A stretch of 54,647 bases of DNA, from positions 1-54,647 of the forward strand of contig JAHBMJ010000211.1 of NCBI GenBank assembly GCA_018398765.1, given 5' to 3'. Shown piece after piece: positions 1 to 11,270 of this stretch. The stretch's first letter is position 1, and each line of letters begins with the position of its first letter. The notes beneath the pieces are model-generated. The model ran no database searches. It saw only the letters and a program-made list of their open reading frames with translations, and was not told the DNA's origin. The stretch is from Chromera velia. Lineage: Eukaryota. A program made the translations under genes and the position numbers.

Positions 1-1595
1 ATTTGATTTGATTTGATTTGATTTGAGCTTCAACCTCAAATATTTGATATTTGAGGTAAGATTTGAGGTTAACCTCTTAGGGTTCCTCACTGAGTCACTG
101 ACTTACTGTCACTCTGATCATTTTTCTCATGACAATAGTTATCAGAACATTTCTGATGTGTGTTTCAAAAATTTAAAAAAATATATATAAAATTATAACT
201 TATCAGTTCCGTAAAAAAAATATGCCTGTGTGGCAGTGTATATACACTAGTCACTGAGACTCACTCTAGTACTAATAGAGATTAAGAACATAAAATTGAT
301 AGATTTGAAATTGCATATGACTTTTTGTTGATACGATAAAGTTAGAGCACGTACCAAAATTGAGGTGACAATCACTCAGCTTTATGGCACTTCCTTTTCC
401 TCTTCTTCATGATCACTTTCTTCAATGTGAATCGAATCGATCGGTGGTGGGAGCTGCTGAGAGCTTTTTCTCTGGCTTTTCGGCTTTCCAGGAGTGGGTG
501 CTCCTGGGCTTCTATTCGGTTGCGGAGAGATGACAACGGGGTGAGACGGAGAACCGCGCACACGTTTGCTATTGCTGTTGGTGTTGGAACCGTCCTGTTT
601 CTGGGCAGCTAAGCATCCAGAGTTGGTAAGTTCGGCTACCCTCTGTGCCGCGCCAGGGCCGACAACAAGCCCCTTGTGTTGGAGGTGAATATAGAGAGGT
701 CGGTAGCCTTCCTCACCCGGAGTGATGACTTTCTCAGGAGGGGGAAGTTTCCCCCCAGCCTTCTCAGCATTTGCGTCTGCGGCCGCCTCCTTTGGTTTCA
801 AATTGGTCCTCCCGCCGGGCCCTGCAGGNGCGACCACGGCTTCTGCTTCATCTTTGGTGGGGAAAAACGTTCGCACGTCAGGCTACTTCGTCCCCCCCGC
901 CCTCTCCGACCACTTCTCCTATCTTTCTTGGAGTAGCTGCACATGTTTGTCAGACGTGATCGTCAAGCCATGCTGATTGATGAGGTGGGTTTAAAAAGAA
1001 CTGGTTACCGCTGCTGCATACTCACAGCCACAAATAGTTTCTCCTTCCCCCTCGGCTCCTTATATTTTCACCTGATACTAAATCACATTTGCCCCCTTTT
1101 GTACGGACCATATTTCTTTTACGTACCCGGCTTTAAAAACAAATGCCTCCTTCTTCCCGTTCGACCCTGTCAGATTGTGTGACATGTCTTTACGGGGTGT
1201 AAAATGTTTGCAGACGCTCAAAAAGGGGGTCGTAAAAGATGTTTCAGCACCAGAAAAGTCAACACAGCTGTTCGGGAAAACGTTCAGCTAATCGGTTTAC
1301 CTCTGTATGAAGTAAAAGGGGGTGAAACGTCAATTTTAATACAGCTCAAAACCCTTTTTTTTTTGAGAGCAAACCATCAACATTTAGGTTTTTTCATTTG
1401 AATCAGCATGCGTGACGGATCGGTACTTGCAAAAGTTTTTTCGGGACCTTCATATTTGAGGTTGAAAGTCATATTGATCAAATATTTGATCGTATTTGAT
1501 AGGTCTTTAAACACTAGGTCCTCCCTGACTGGATATTTGATTTGAGCTTAAGCTCTACCTCAAATCAAATCAAATCAAATCAAACATGGTCACTA
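1..1595 (-). mobile_element. hAT-superfamily DNA transposon, internally deleted non-autonomous copy; its left terminus lies just outside the window
   Basis: Right end reads (CAAAT)n-CAAACATGGTCACTA, i.e. 5'-TAGTGACCATGTTTGATTTG on the minus strand, matching the hAT (T/C)A(A/G)NG terminus. The window starts in the inverted copy (ATTTG)5AG. Subterminal ATATTTGA/TTTGAGG motifs occur at both ends, and the interior encodes a BED-finger fragment. Confidence 0.7.
382..1185 (-). pseudogene. N-terminal part of a hAT transposase (BED zinc finger plus low-complexity region) with 5 in-frame stops and no catalytic domain
   Basis: Manual translation of one frame from ATG 1185: MSHNLTG...KEIWSVQKGANVI*YQVKI*GAEGEGETICGCEYAAAVTSSF*THLINQHG...ER*EKWSERAGGTK*PDVRTFF, continuing in frame into ORF 382..876. 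W..C..TS..HL...H pattern is BED-like. Stops at 1078, 1060, 991, 919 and 883. Confidence 0.65.
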
Positions 1596-1863
1596 GGTAG
1601 AAAGCTGATTTAAGAAAGACGAACTAGAACATGCCCCCCCTGATCTAGCTACTAGCCCTACAGAAACAGCTGGCTTACCGGTCCTCCTTTGGCTCCTTTG
1701 GCTTACCGGTCTTGGAGCTAATGCAATCATTCACTTATATGTGGCCTAGTGTATGGCACTGTGTGCATGTATGCTTATATATGATTGAATGATTGAATTG
1801 TATGTATGCAAGATGCGGCAAGATGCACTGTATACATGAAGAACCACACGAAATTTCAATATG

Positions 1864-2122
1864 CCGGGGAACCTCCCTGAACCTAAGTGCTACTTGAAAA
1901 AATATGTAATATCATCAAGATGTTCTCTATCTGCGGCATCGTTTTTCAAGAGACCGTCCACGCTTGTGGCGTAGATGGTCAAGATACCGTCCAGATATGC
2001 GGCTTTAGCTTTCAAGACACCGTAAATCATCCGCGCCTGCGGCGTAGACTTTCAAGTTTATCTAAAAATGCGGCTTGAACTTTCAAGTGGTAGTAACTGT
2101 TAGGTTCAAGGAGGTCTGCCGG
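1864..2122. mobile_element. MITE-like element, about 260 bp
   Basis: Imperfect 23-bp TIRs CCGGGGAACCTCCCTGAACCTAA / TTAGGTTCAAGGAGGTCTGCCGG; internal repeats of TTTCAAG..ACCGT and TGCGGC. Confidence 0.6.
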
Positions 2123-2135
2123 TAGTGTAGGGTCA

Positions 2136-2516
2136 GTAAGCATGGTGTAACTGGCTGAAGTACTCCCCCCTAGCCTTGGGCACTCTCTTCGCTTGCTCCT
2201 CCCTCAAAACCTCCATCGCACAGAGGGTGTTGAACCTCTGCCACTGAGAGCCCTGCAAAGACTCTTCGGTCTTCTTCATCTCCTCAACTTCCTCCTTGGA
2301 CGGGTCTTACCTCATAGTGGGTCTTTTACCTACTCTGAGAAGCTTCCGACCTCCTAGAACTCCCCACTCATCATCTGAGGAGCTGCTGTCGCTCCTGTAC
2401 CCCAGCCAGCTCGCCTCGAACGTCGACAAGCTGGCAGCCGAGGCGTACCCTTCTCCATCCGTAGACGTGATAAGAGACGGAGGCTCGTCATCCGTCTCCA
2501 TGTTCTCGGCATGCAA
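2136..2516 (-). pseudogene. Possible decayed coding fragment divergent from the phosphatase gene
   Basis: ORF 2307..2516 continues in frame past one TAA as DPSKEEVEEMKKTEESLQGSQWQRFNTLCAMEVLREEQAKR and ends near the MITE. No recognisable domain. Confidence 0.25.
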
Positions 2517-2569
2517 TCGGGCCTATTAATTGGCTCAACTCCCCCAACCTTATTCCCTTCATCAGCTGT

Positions 2570-2790
2570 CCGCTAGATCCGCCCCTCATACACGGGGACG
2601 CGGCATGCATAACAAAAACCTCAATCAATCAAGTCCGCGGCCGCGTGCAAGTCGCGCGCGAAAACTAAAAATTCAGAATTAGAATTTTACCGATATATAC
2701 ATGCACGCGCGCCGATCGATCGTCGGACTGAATCGTCGATCGCACGTGCACTCGTCCGTCCATCTTTCCACATTCGATCCGGAAGTCCGA
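2570..2790. promoter_or_regulatory. CpG-rich promoter module upstream of the phosphatase gene
   Basis: Dense CGCG words, GCGCGAAA (E2F-like) at about 2655 and GCATGCA at about 2604. Similar modules precede other genes in the window. Confidence 0.4.
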
Positions 2791-3030
2791 GAAGGAGCTG
2801 AACTTTCCCATGCAGCTACGGTGAAGACAAAGAGGGCAAGCTCTCCCCAACACAGACGATCATTCGAGATCGCACCTCACGAAAGATCTCTTCATTCCCT
2901 GTATACGCGCATTGACAGTCTGACACTCTGTTCCGACTTTGTGGTCACCACTATTCGAACGCGATTGCGCGAAGAAAGGCGGCGTGCAGACTTCCTTCCG
3001 TTCTTCCTCTAGACTGATTCCCTAATCGTT

Positions 3031-5156
3031 ATGTGGCTTTTCGGGTATTTCGCTGTGGTGTTCTGCACCATCGCGGTGAGCACAAAGGTGCGTGCCGGCA
3101 TCAAGGCCCCCCAGATGGAAGGCCTTTCCATGTCTCCCTTCGAGGGTGCGCCCTCGTCCTTCTCCAATGAGGACGAGGAGACCGTTGGCTCACAGGGAGG
3201 ACCCAAAACAGTCTACTTCTTCCGACACGGAGAGTCTGTCAACAACATTCTCTCCCAGAGTTATAATCCCTTCAGATGGGGGTACAACAAGATCAAGCTC
3301 AGCGACCTCATCAACGGTGCCGAGCAGAAAGTCGGGAATAAGGACACCGTCCTGTCCTACAAGGGCATGGAGCAGGCACTCACCAATGGAAGATTGATCA
3401 GTGGCCCTGACGGCGCAGAGGACCATATCGGGATCTTCTCCCCCGATTTGCTTCCCGACGACGCCGCACAGGTCATTTACGTCAGCCCCCTCCGAAGGGC
3501 TATGGCCACTTCCCTCCTCCTCTTTTTCAAGGTTGCCTTCACCAAGAACATCCCTTTCAAGGTGCACTGGTCCCTTAGTGAGCAGGTCAAGTCCATTTCC
3601 GACATTGGCCAACCAGCCCACCAGATCAAGAGGCACGTCCAGGACATTTTGACAATGACGCTGGAAGGCGAGACCCAGTCGTTCATGGCATGGGCTGAGG
3701 CAAAGAAGGGGGGGAGTCAGGAGGCTGTCGACGCGTACCTGAAGCCTTTGTTCGATTCCATTGACGAGTTGAAACTCTGGAATAGAGGCACAAAAGTGCA
3801 GAGCGAGAATGACTGTCCCCAGGGAGGCTGCCAGTGGTGGCCAGAGACAGACAAAGACCGAAACACAGGAAAGAAGAAGGTCAAAGAGAACCTTGGGGAC
3901 TACTGTGAGAGAGTTGAGAAGACAACAGAGTTCCTCGCAAAGGCACCAGAGAAGGTGATGATCGTTGTCGGCCACTCCAACTTCATCCGAACAACACTCA
4001 GAAAGTAGGTCCCACCCTCAACCCTGAGAAAGAGGAAGAAAGACAGTTCTTTCCTTCTTTCCTTTCCTCCTTTTTTCTTTCTTTCTCTCTTTCTCTCTTT
4101 TTTTCTTTGAATCTTTCGTTTTCTGTCTTTGTTGCTTCCTTGCTTCCTTCCTTCCTTCCTGCTCTTCCTTCTGTAGTTCTACACTTCCTTTGTTCCTTTC
4201 TTCCGGCCGTGTGTCTTTCTTTCTGGCCGTTCATCTGGACTTTGGAGTCAAAAGAACAGAAGAGAGAACCGAGAGTCTGCCGGTCTGCCCTGCAATTTCG
4301 TTGCCTCATTGCCATCGTCTTCCCTCCCCCTTGCCTTCCCTTGGCCTTCTCCCCTCCCTCCCCCCCCNNNNNNNNNNNNNNNNNNNNNNNNNNNNNNNNN
4401 NNNNNNNNNNNNNNNNNNNNNNNNNNNNNNNNNNNNNNNNNNNNNNNNNNNNNNNNNNNNNNNNNNNNNNNNNNNNNNNNNNNNNNNNNNNNNNNNNNNN
4501 NNNNNNNNNNNNNNNNNNNNNNNNNNNNNNNNNNNNNNNNNNNNNNNNNNNNNNNNNNNNNNNNNNNNNNNNNNNNNNNNNNNNNNNCCCCCCCCCCCCC
4601 CCCCCCCGCCGTGTGCAGGTACATGCAGAAGACCAAGTTGGTCAACGCCGGCTCCGTGAAAGCCATCCTGGAGACCAGCGCGCCCTACGACTTCACCAGT
4701 TTCTTCAAGATCCCCCTCGTCAAGAGCATCGACCCGTCAGACGGCTCGCAAGACGAGAACGAGAGCGAATTCGATGACGAGAACGACAACCCCAGCGTGT
4801 TCCTGTCCCTCCCCGAGATCGATGCCGTTCTGCGGGAAGTGCGAGACGCTGAGCACTACGACGATGAGAGCACTGAAGCAGGCAGCAACGGATTCCTCCA
4901 AATGAGAGACTCTGAGGCAAGAGAGCTGGAGGCCGAGATGGACGAAGAGAAACCCCTTTTCGGAAAGAAGAAGGACGACGACTGCCTCAAAGCACCCGCT
5001 CCTGTGTGCGATCCCGAGAAGTGCGTCATCAAGCCTATGCCGAAAAGCCGCTGCCTGAACTCCTACAAGGATCCCGGCAAGAAGCACCCTGCAACCAAGT
5101 GCCCCAACGACGAGAATGACGATCGCTTCAGTGAAATCTATAACAAATTCTTCTGA
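3031..5156 (+). CDS. Secreted histidine phosphatase / phosphoglycerate mutase-family protein; join(3031..4004,4619..5156), about 503 aa
   Basis: Catalytic motifs FFRHGES, YVSPLRRAMAT and VVGHSNFIR; hydrophobic N-terminal signal peptide. Phase-2 GT(4005)..AG(4618) intron restores the frame (K-YMQK). The intron contains an N gap, so a hidden exon cannot be excluded. Confidence 0.85.
4368..4587. other. Assembly gap (220 N) flanked by poly-C runs, inside an intron
   Basis: Run of N in the sequence. Confidence 0.99.
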
Positions 5157-6083
5157 GCGAAAGTGAAGAGAAAAGAGCATGCTAATGCACGCATGCAGAG
5201 AGAGAGAGAGAAAGAAGAAAGGAGCAGGGAAAAACTCGTGCAATCGCTCTTCGGTAGGCAAATGAAATCAACGCACAAATCGAAACACGCCGACACGAAT
5301 GCTCAAAGAACCAGCCATGCAAAGACAAACGAGGTTCTCTCTCTTCATTCTTTCGATCTGAAATCCCCCAGCCCTGCTCTCTCTTTTTCTCTGGTCTCTG
5401 GGGTGTCTGTGAATGCCTCGCTCTCTAGCTGACTGGGTGCTTTCGTGAGTCAGTCGGGTGCCAGTGATCAATCCACGCGCTTCTCTGCACTCAAACGACA
5501 GCCTGCATTGGAGTCTTTATCAAATTCAATCAGCCATCTCCGCATACGACCGTGAATAAAGTAGTTCTCGCCTCTCCTTTTTTGAAGAGCACGTCAACCC
5601 TTTGAGCCTTTGACCTTTAAAAAGAGAAAGGTGCTGTCTCAAGAGAGACCATTTTCGGAAAAAGAACAGAAAAGAACGATAGAAGAGCCACAAACACAGA
5701 GAAGAACGGACGACTAACCACGCAGCTGGTATCCAACAAGAGTTCAAAGTATAAAGAAATGAACTTGCAGAGAAAGAAAGATATGACGAGCGTCAATGAC
5801 AGCGTGAGCATGTGGGACACGCCATCACATGCAATTCTGAACACGAACAACTATTTCGGAGAAAGATCAGAAGACAAAATAAATCAATGTATATTTTAAT
5901 ATGCATATTACTTCGCCAGCTAGTGTTTCGCAGCTCCGAGTTGCTATCAGTCGTAAGAGAGGTTTATATAGCTAGCGCTAGTCTTAATTTGATGCTTAAA
6001 GTCACAAGTATACTCCTAATTCCAAACTCTTCTAAAATGTTTATCATAAAAAAAAAAAAAAACATTTCAAGACTAGTAACACC

Positions 6084-6338
6084 TATATAGCTGTCGGCTA
6101 AAGGGGAAAAAAAAAAAGATCCCCTAAAACCCTTTATTTTTTTTTTTTTTTTTTTCTTTTTCAGTCAAACAACTGTTGTTCAAGTGTTGCACAGGTGTTA
6201 TTCATGTGTTGCATAATTGTTGTTAAGTGTTGTAACATCACTGTTGTTTGGAGTAGAAAAGTAAAAAAGAAAGAAAAAAAAAAAAGATCTCCTCTGATCG
6301 CTTACTTTTTTTTTTTTTTTCTTTAGCCGACGTCTAGA
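6084..6338. mobile_element. MITE-like element with 8-9-bp target-site duplication (hAT/MULE type)
   Basis: Inverted GTCGGCTAAAG (6093) / CTTTAGCCGAC (6321) with inverted poly-A/poly-T tracts; direct repeat GTAACACC at 6076-6083 and 6339-6346. Confidence 0.6.
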
Positions 6339-6517
6339 GTAACACCGTCACTGATTAAAATTTGTTTGGTTGTTTGTTTCTTTGTTTTTTCGTTGAACAA
6401 AAAACTTTAATTTTTTTAAAAGAATGTGATATTATATCAAGGTTTGCAATTAAAGAAAAATAAGACAAATGTTGTTGTACTTTTCGTTTAGTGTTCCCTG
6501 CAAACACCTAGGTAAGT

Positions 6518-6620
6518 GAATTTAGATAAGAATTTAGAAGAATTTAGACAGGAATTTAGAGGAATTTAGACAGGAATTTAAAGGAATTTAGAGGAATCCA
6601 GCTAGGAGTCTAAAAGAATT
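6518..6620. repeat. Short tandem repeat of GAATTTAGA-like units
   Basis: About 8 degenerate (G)GAATTTAGA units. Confidence 0.8.
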
Positions 6621-7184
6621 TATGCATGCCGGGGGCGAGTGGGGTGCTTTTTGCCCCCCTTTCTGCATAGGAGACCGGCGTTTTTCCGCAAAAAACTCGT
6701 TCTCATAATTAGTAAGGAGTTAGAAGCTGAAACTTTGTGTAAGAAGACGTTGTAATGATAGAAAAAGAACTATGGAACAGATTTTTTATATCATTTTTAG
6801 AAACATAGGCTGCCGCGCGCAGTAAAGTCACACTCGGTCAGAAATTGCGAGATATTGCGCGAATGCGAGCGACTATGAGAAAAATACGACTCATGCAATT
6901 AAGCTCAGAAGTAATTCCTTGCATGCATGCAGAAAATAAATGAAAGGGACTCAGATTGGACAGAATAATCCAGAAGTACAAAGAGTCTGAAGAGTGGACT
7001 GCCTGATATACCTTTCTGTAGGAACCGGACTGAATAACTAACTGACTGAAGTAATTGACTTACCTAGCCGTTATTTATTATATTAGAAAAGACCAGACTG
7101 ACGGGAGCCAGTAGTGGCCAGTAGATCCAACTAGACCTGATGGAACCAAAACTTCTGTCTGTCATGCGTGCGCGTATGCATTTT

Positions 7185-7970
7185 AGCTCTCAAGCCAACT
7201 CTATTCTGAGCTTTAAGCTCTATAGATCCTGGACCCCAGATATTTGTGTCTTGACGGAGGGTCACCCCGGTAAGCCGCGAGGGTGACGCATACTATAAAC
7301 AAGCTGTGGTCGATTAAAGATATTGATTATATATCTTTAATCGTTACCTTACTTACGTCTCTACATAGATGTCGCCATAGGATTCTTCGGCCCCAATAAT
7401 GAGCCGGAATGATCCTTTTCTCACTATTTTGCCCCACACTTTTCAGCCAACCAGGACAGACTGGTTCATTCTCATAGAGTTCACCAGCTGAGTAGTTAGA
7501 CTGCCTTCTGAGAAGGAAATTTAAAAAGTGTGATTCAAAAAAGTGGTGGGTGGGTGGGGGCTTTTTTGAGCATCCAAAAACTGGTAGAGGGCTTGGTCTC
7601 TTGAGTCTTCTTCTTAGTTCTTCTTTTACATATTTGTTTATATTGCCGATTTTTCTTTGTGTGGCGCCGCGCTCAGAATTCCATCTGATACGCTAAAACG
7701 CAGGCTGGCCTCGCAAGCTCGGTGTCGCCTTTTTATTTGAGCTCCCAAGCCGACTCCATTCCGAGCTTTAAGCTCTATAGATCCTAGTACAGATCCTGGA
7801 CCCCAGATATTTGCGTCTTGATGGAGGGTCACCCCGGTAAGCCAAGAGGGCGAGGCATGCTGTAGACAAGCTGTGGTCGATTAAAAATATTGATTATATA
7901 TTTTTAATCGTTACCTTACTTACGTCTTTACATGGACATCGCCCTAGGATCCTTCAGCCCCAGTAATGAG
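7185..7970 (+). repeat. Direct repeat pair of about 220 bp (7185-7403 and 7740-7970), each with a 13-bp hairpin
   Basis: Aligned by eye; differences are mainly transitions plus a small indel. Confidence 0.9.
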
Positions 7971-8319
7971 GGGGGTCCCAGGTCTGAGAACGGTCAGATG
8001 CTTAATAATATAATATTTAGCAGATGGCCGATAGAGCTGTAGTGAGGTATGCCAGTGTAAGAGTATGTCGATAAAAAAATATATAAGACGGTCTAAATAC
8101 TACTACTAGTAAGGCAAATGTTAAGTCGAACAGGTATGAACGGGTAATTTTTAGTGTTAGTGTCTATGTCTGATTCAAGACTCGGAGTGGGTATTGGAAT
8201 CTTTTAATGTAGAAGGAATACGTCGTGGTGATGAGGGGGTCCCTACTCGGCGTAGTACTCGCCCTTCTTGTGAGACCAACTTGAAACTCATGGCTTTGAG
8301 GACTCTTTGGCTGAAGAAT

Positions 8320-10682
8320 GAAGATAGAGAAAGAGGTGCTGTGTCCGTTTCTGTCTATCAGAGTAGCAACACACAGAGAGAGGCTGCGTCCTCTTCTGTC
8401 TGCAAGAGTCAAAAAAGGCACAGAAAGGCGTAGAGGGGTACTGTGCTGGCAGTATGCTTTGTCTGCAGGAGTGAGCAAAAACCGAGTGGGGTGATGTCCT
8501 CTTCTGTTTGTAATAGTGAGTGACATAGAGAGAGGAGCTGTGTCCTCTTCCGTTTGACAAATGAGAAGCACACACAGAGAAAGCGGTTGTGTCCTCTTCT
8601 TGTTTGACCGAATGAGCAAGCACACAGAGAAGGGCTGTGTTCTTTCTGTCTGCAGGAGTGAGTAAACAGAGAGAGGGGCTGTGATGGGGCCGGTCCTCTT
8701 CCGTCTGACAATGGGCAAGGCACACACAGAGAGATGGTGTGTCCTTCTGCCTGCAAGAGCGAGCAACATACTGTCAGAGAGAGGGGCTGTGTCCTCTTTT
8801 GTCTGCAAGAGTGAATAATAGTGAGCAAGTTGAACACAGAGACCGGGGCGGTATCATGTGGTGTCTTCTTTTGTCTGCAGGAGCGAGCAACACAGATAGA
8901 GGGGCGGTGTCCCCCTTCTCTGCAAGCGTGAGCGCTACAGAGAGTTCTGTGTTTTCCTTCCTTAACACTGAACAGACGTAGAGAGAGGCTGCATACTTTC
9001 CTGCTTGCAAGAGTCAGCAACCCAGAGAGGTCTAGCTGTGTTTTCTCCTGTCTGCCAGAGTAAGGGACAACACACACTGTCAGAGAGGGTCGCGTCCTCT
9101 TCTGTCTGAAGGAGACTCAGTAACACACAGAGAGAGGGGCTGTGTCGTCTTCTGTCTGCAGGTGTGAGCAACACAGAGTCGTCGGCCTGCAAGAGTGAGC
9201 AACACCGAGAGAGGGGCATGAGAGGGGTGGTATATGCAAGAGTATGCGATACAAGGAGGGGCTGTGTCCCCTTCTGTGTGCAGGAGTGAATACACACAAG
9301 AGGGGCTGTGTCCCCTTCTGTCAGCAAGTGTAAGCAACTACAACGAGGAGCGATGTTCTCTCTATCTAGCTGCAAGACTGAGAGAGAGGTAGAGGGGAAG
9401 TGCCGGCATTGTACTTTTGTCCACAAGAGCAAACCCACAGAGAAATGCTGCTTCCTCAACATCTGCGAGAGTAGCAAGCAGGTATCCAAGAGAGAGGGGC
9501 GGTGCACTCTTCTGTCTGCGAGAGTGAGCAATTAGATAGAGAGCGGGTGGCGTACTTTCCTGCTGCCAGAGTGAGCATATACACAGACGGGTTGTGACGC
9601 CCTTTGTCTGCAGGTGTGAACGATACGACGAGGGGCCGTGTCCTCTTCTGCCCGCAAGAGTGAGAAAGGCGTAGAGTCTCAGCGGCAGTGTGCTCGTTTT
9701 GTGCTTTTGTCTGCAAGAGTGAGCAACACAGAGAGAGGGGCGGTGTCGTCTTCTGTCTGTAAGAGTGAGCAACATAGAGAGAGGGGTTGTGTCCTTCTTT
9801 GGCTTTAACAGTGAGCAACCTGGAGAAGTTTGCAAGCGTGAGTAAGCACCGAGAGAGGGGTGGTGTCATCTTCTGTCGTTAAGAGTGAGCAACACAGAGA
9901 GAGAGGTTGTGTCCTTCTTTCAAAAATTGGCTTTAACAGTGAGCAACCTGGAGAAGTTTGCAAGAGTGAGTAAACACCGAGAGAAGGGCGGTGTCGTCTT
10001 CTGTCTGTAAGAGTGAGCAACACAGAGAGAGGGGTTGTGTCCTTCTTTGGCTTTAACAGTGAGCAACCTGGAGAAGTTTGCAAGAGTGAGTAAACACCGA
10101 GAGAAGGGCGGTGTCGTCTTCTGTCTGTAAGAGTGAGCAACACAGAGAGAGGGGCGGTATCCCCTTTTGTCTGCAAGAGTCGGAAAGGCGTAGGGGCAAT
10201 GTGCTGGCATTGTGCTTCTGTCTGCAAGGTCAGTAATTACAGAGAGAAGGGCTTTGTCCTCTTGTCCTCTGCTATCTGCAAGAGTGAAAAGGGGCGTACA
10301 GAGGCAGTGCGCTAGGCAGTGTGCTGACATTGTGCTTTGTCTGCAGAGTGAGTAAACTAAAGGAGAGGGGCGGTGGCCTGCTCTATCTGCAAGAGCGAGA
10401 AAGGCGCCGAGTGCGCTGGCATTGTGCTGTGTCTGCAAGAATGAGTAACACCGAGAGGGGGGCGGTGTCGTGTTCTGTCTGTAAGAGCAAACATACAGGG
10501 AGAGGGGTTGTGTCCCCTTCTGCCTGCAAGAGTGAGAAAGGTGTAGAGAGGTAGTATGCTGGCACCGTGCTTTTGTCGCAAGAGTGGCCAAATGTCGAAA
10601 AGGGGTTGTGCCTTTCCTATCTGCAGCTGTGTGTTACACAGAGAGAGGGGCTATGTCGTCGTTTGTTTGCAAGAGTGAGTAG
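8320..10682. repeat. Minisatellite of about 46-bp units, two unit subtypes, with a 120-bp higher-order repeat
   Basis: Approximate consensus TCTGCAAGAGTGAGCAACACAGAGAGAGGGGCTGTGTCCTCTTCTG. Near-exact 120-bp periodicity across about 9928-10155. Confidence 0.92.
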
Positions 10683-10696
10683 GGCGCGCTGTGAAC

Positions 10697-11270
10697 ATGG
10701 AATGAAAGATGCTTCGGATTCCGAAGATGAGTTGATTCGGCAGGAGGACGTTGAGGGGTACTGGAAGGCATGTAAGCTCGAAAGGTATGTGAGTGACATG
10801 TAAGTGATGCCAGTGGGTGTTTGCTGGAACGTGGCAGGCATAGTTTGAAGGAGGTGCTCAGAGATGTGAAAGAAGTGTGGATTGCCTGTGTGGCACGTGA
10901 TTTTAGGGGAGAAGGTAGGACTCACCGATGCCGGCTCTTCCAACGTCTGTGAAGGTTTCCATTTAAATTCTGTCCCTGGAGTCGCTGACCACTGCGTTGG
11001 CCTGCAGGTCGCAGGGGGGGAATAAAGGTCAGACAGTCTTGCAAGGCAAGGGCCACGCACGCGTTAATCTGGGCGTGAGGAGCTCCATGGCAAGTGTCTG
11101 AGCAGTCTGGGAGACTTCCAGTGTGATGTGACCTGATATTACAAGGTGAAATTCACGGAGGGAGTTGTAGATGGTTGCAACCAGCTGGACAAGCCTGTGT
11201 CGTCATGTGTTGCGTGTCTTTGGCTCACGTGTTGCTTCAGGAAGAGACCTTGTACGATGCGTGTAAACTG
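10697..11270 (+). pseudogene. Degenerate Mutator/MULE-like transposase C-terminal remnant with SWIM-like finger
   Basis: Fragments SSNVCEGFH (10936-10962; MULE TNNxxExxH-like), YYKVKF and LCRHVLRVF (11195-11221; FAR1/SWIM CRH motif). Contains stops and frameshifts. Confidence 0.4.

Noticed and set aside
3190..3975. Antisense ORFs over real genes (also 40251-40955, 44058-44870, 23316-24050)
   Set aside because: Shadow frames of codon-biased coding sequence with no motifs of their own.
8320..10682. CRISPR-like array, or coding ORFs across the array
   Set aside because: Whole units are homologous with no unique spacers, no cas genes are present, and the ORFs are repeat translations.
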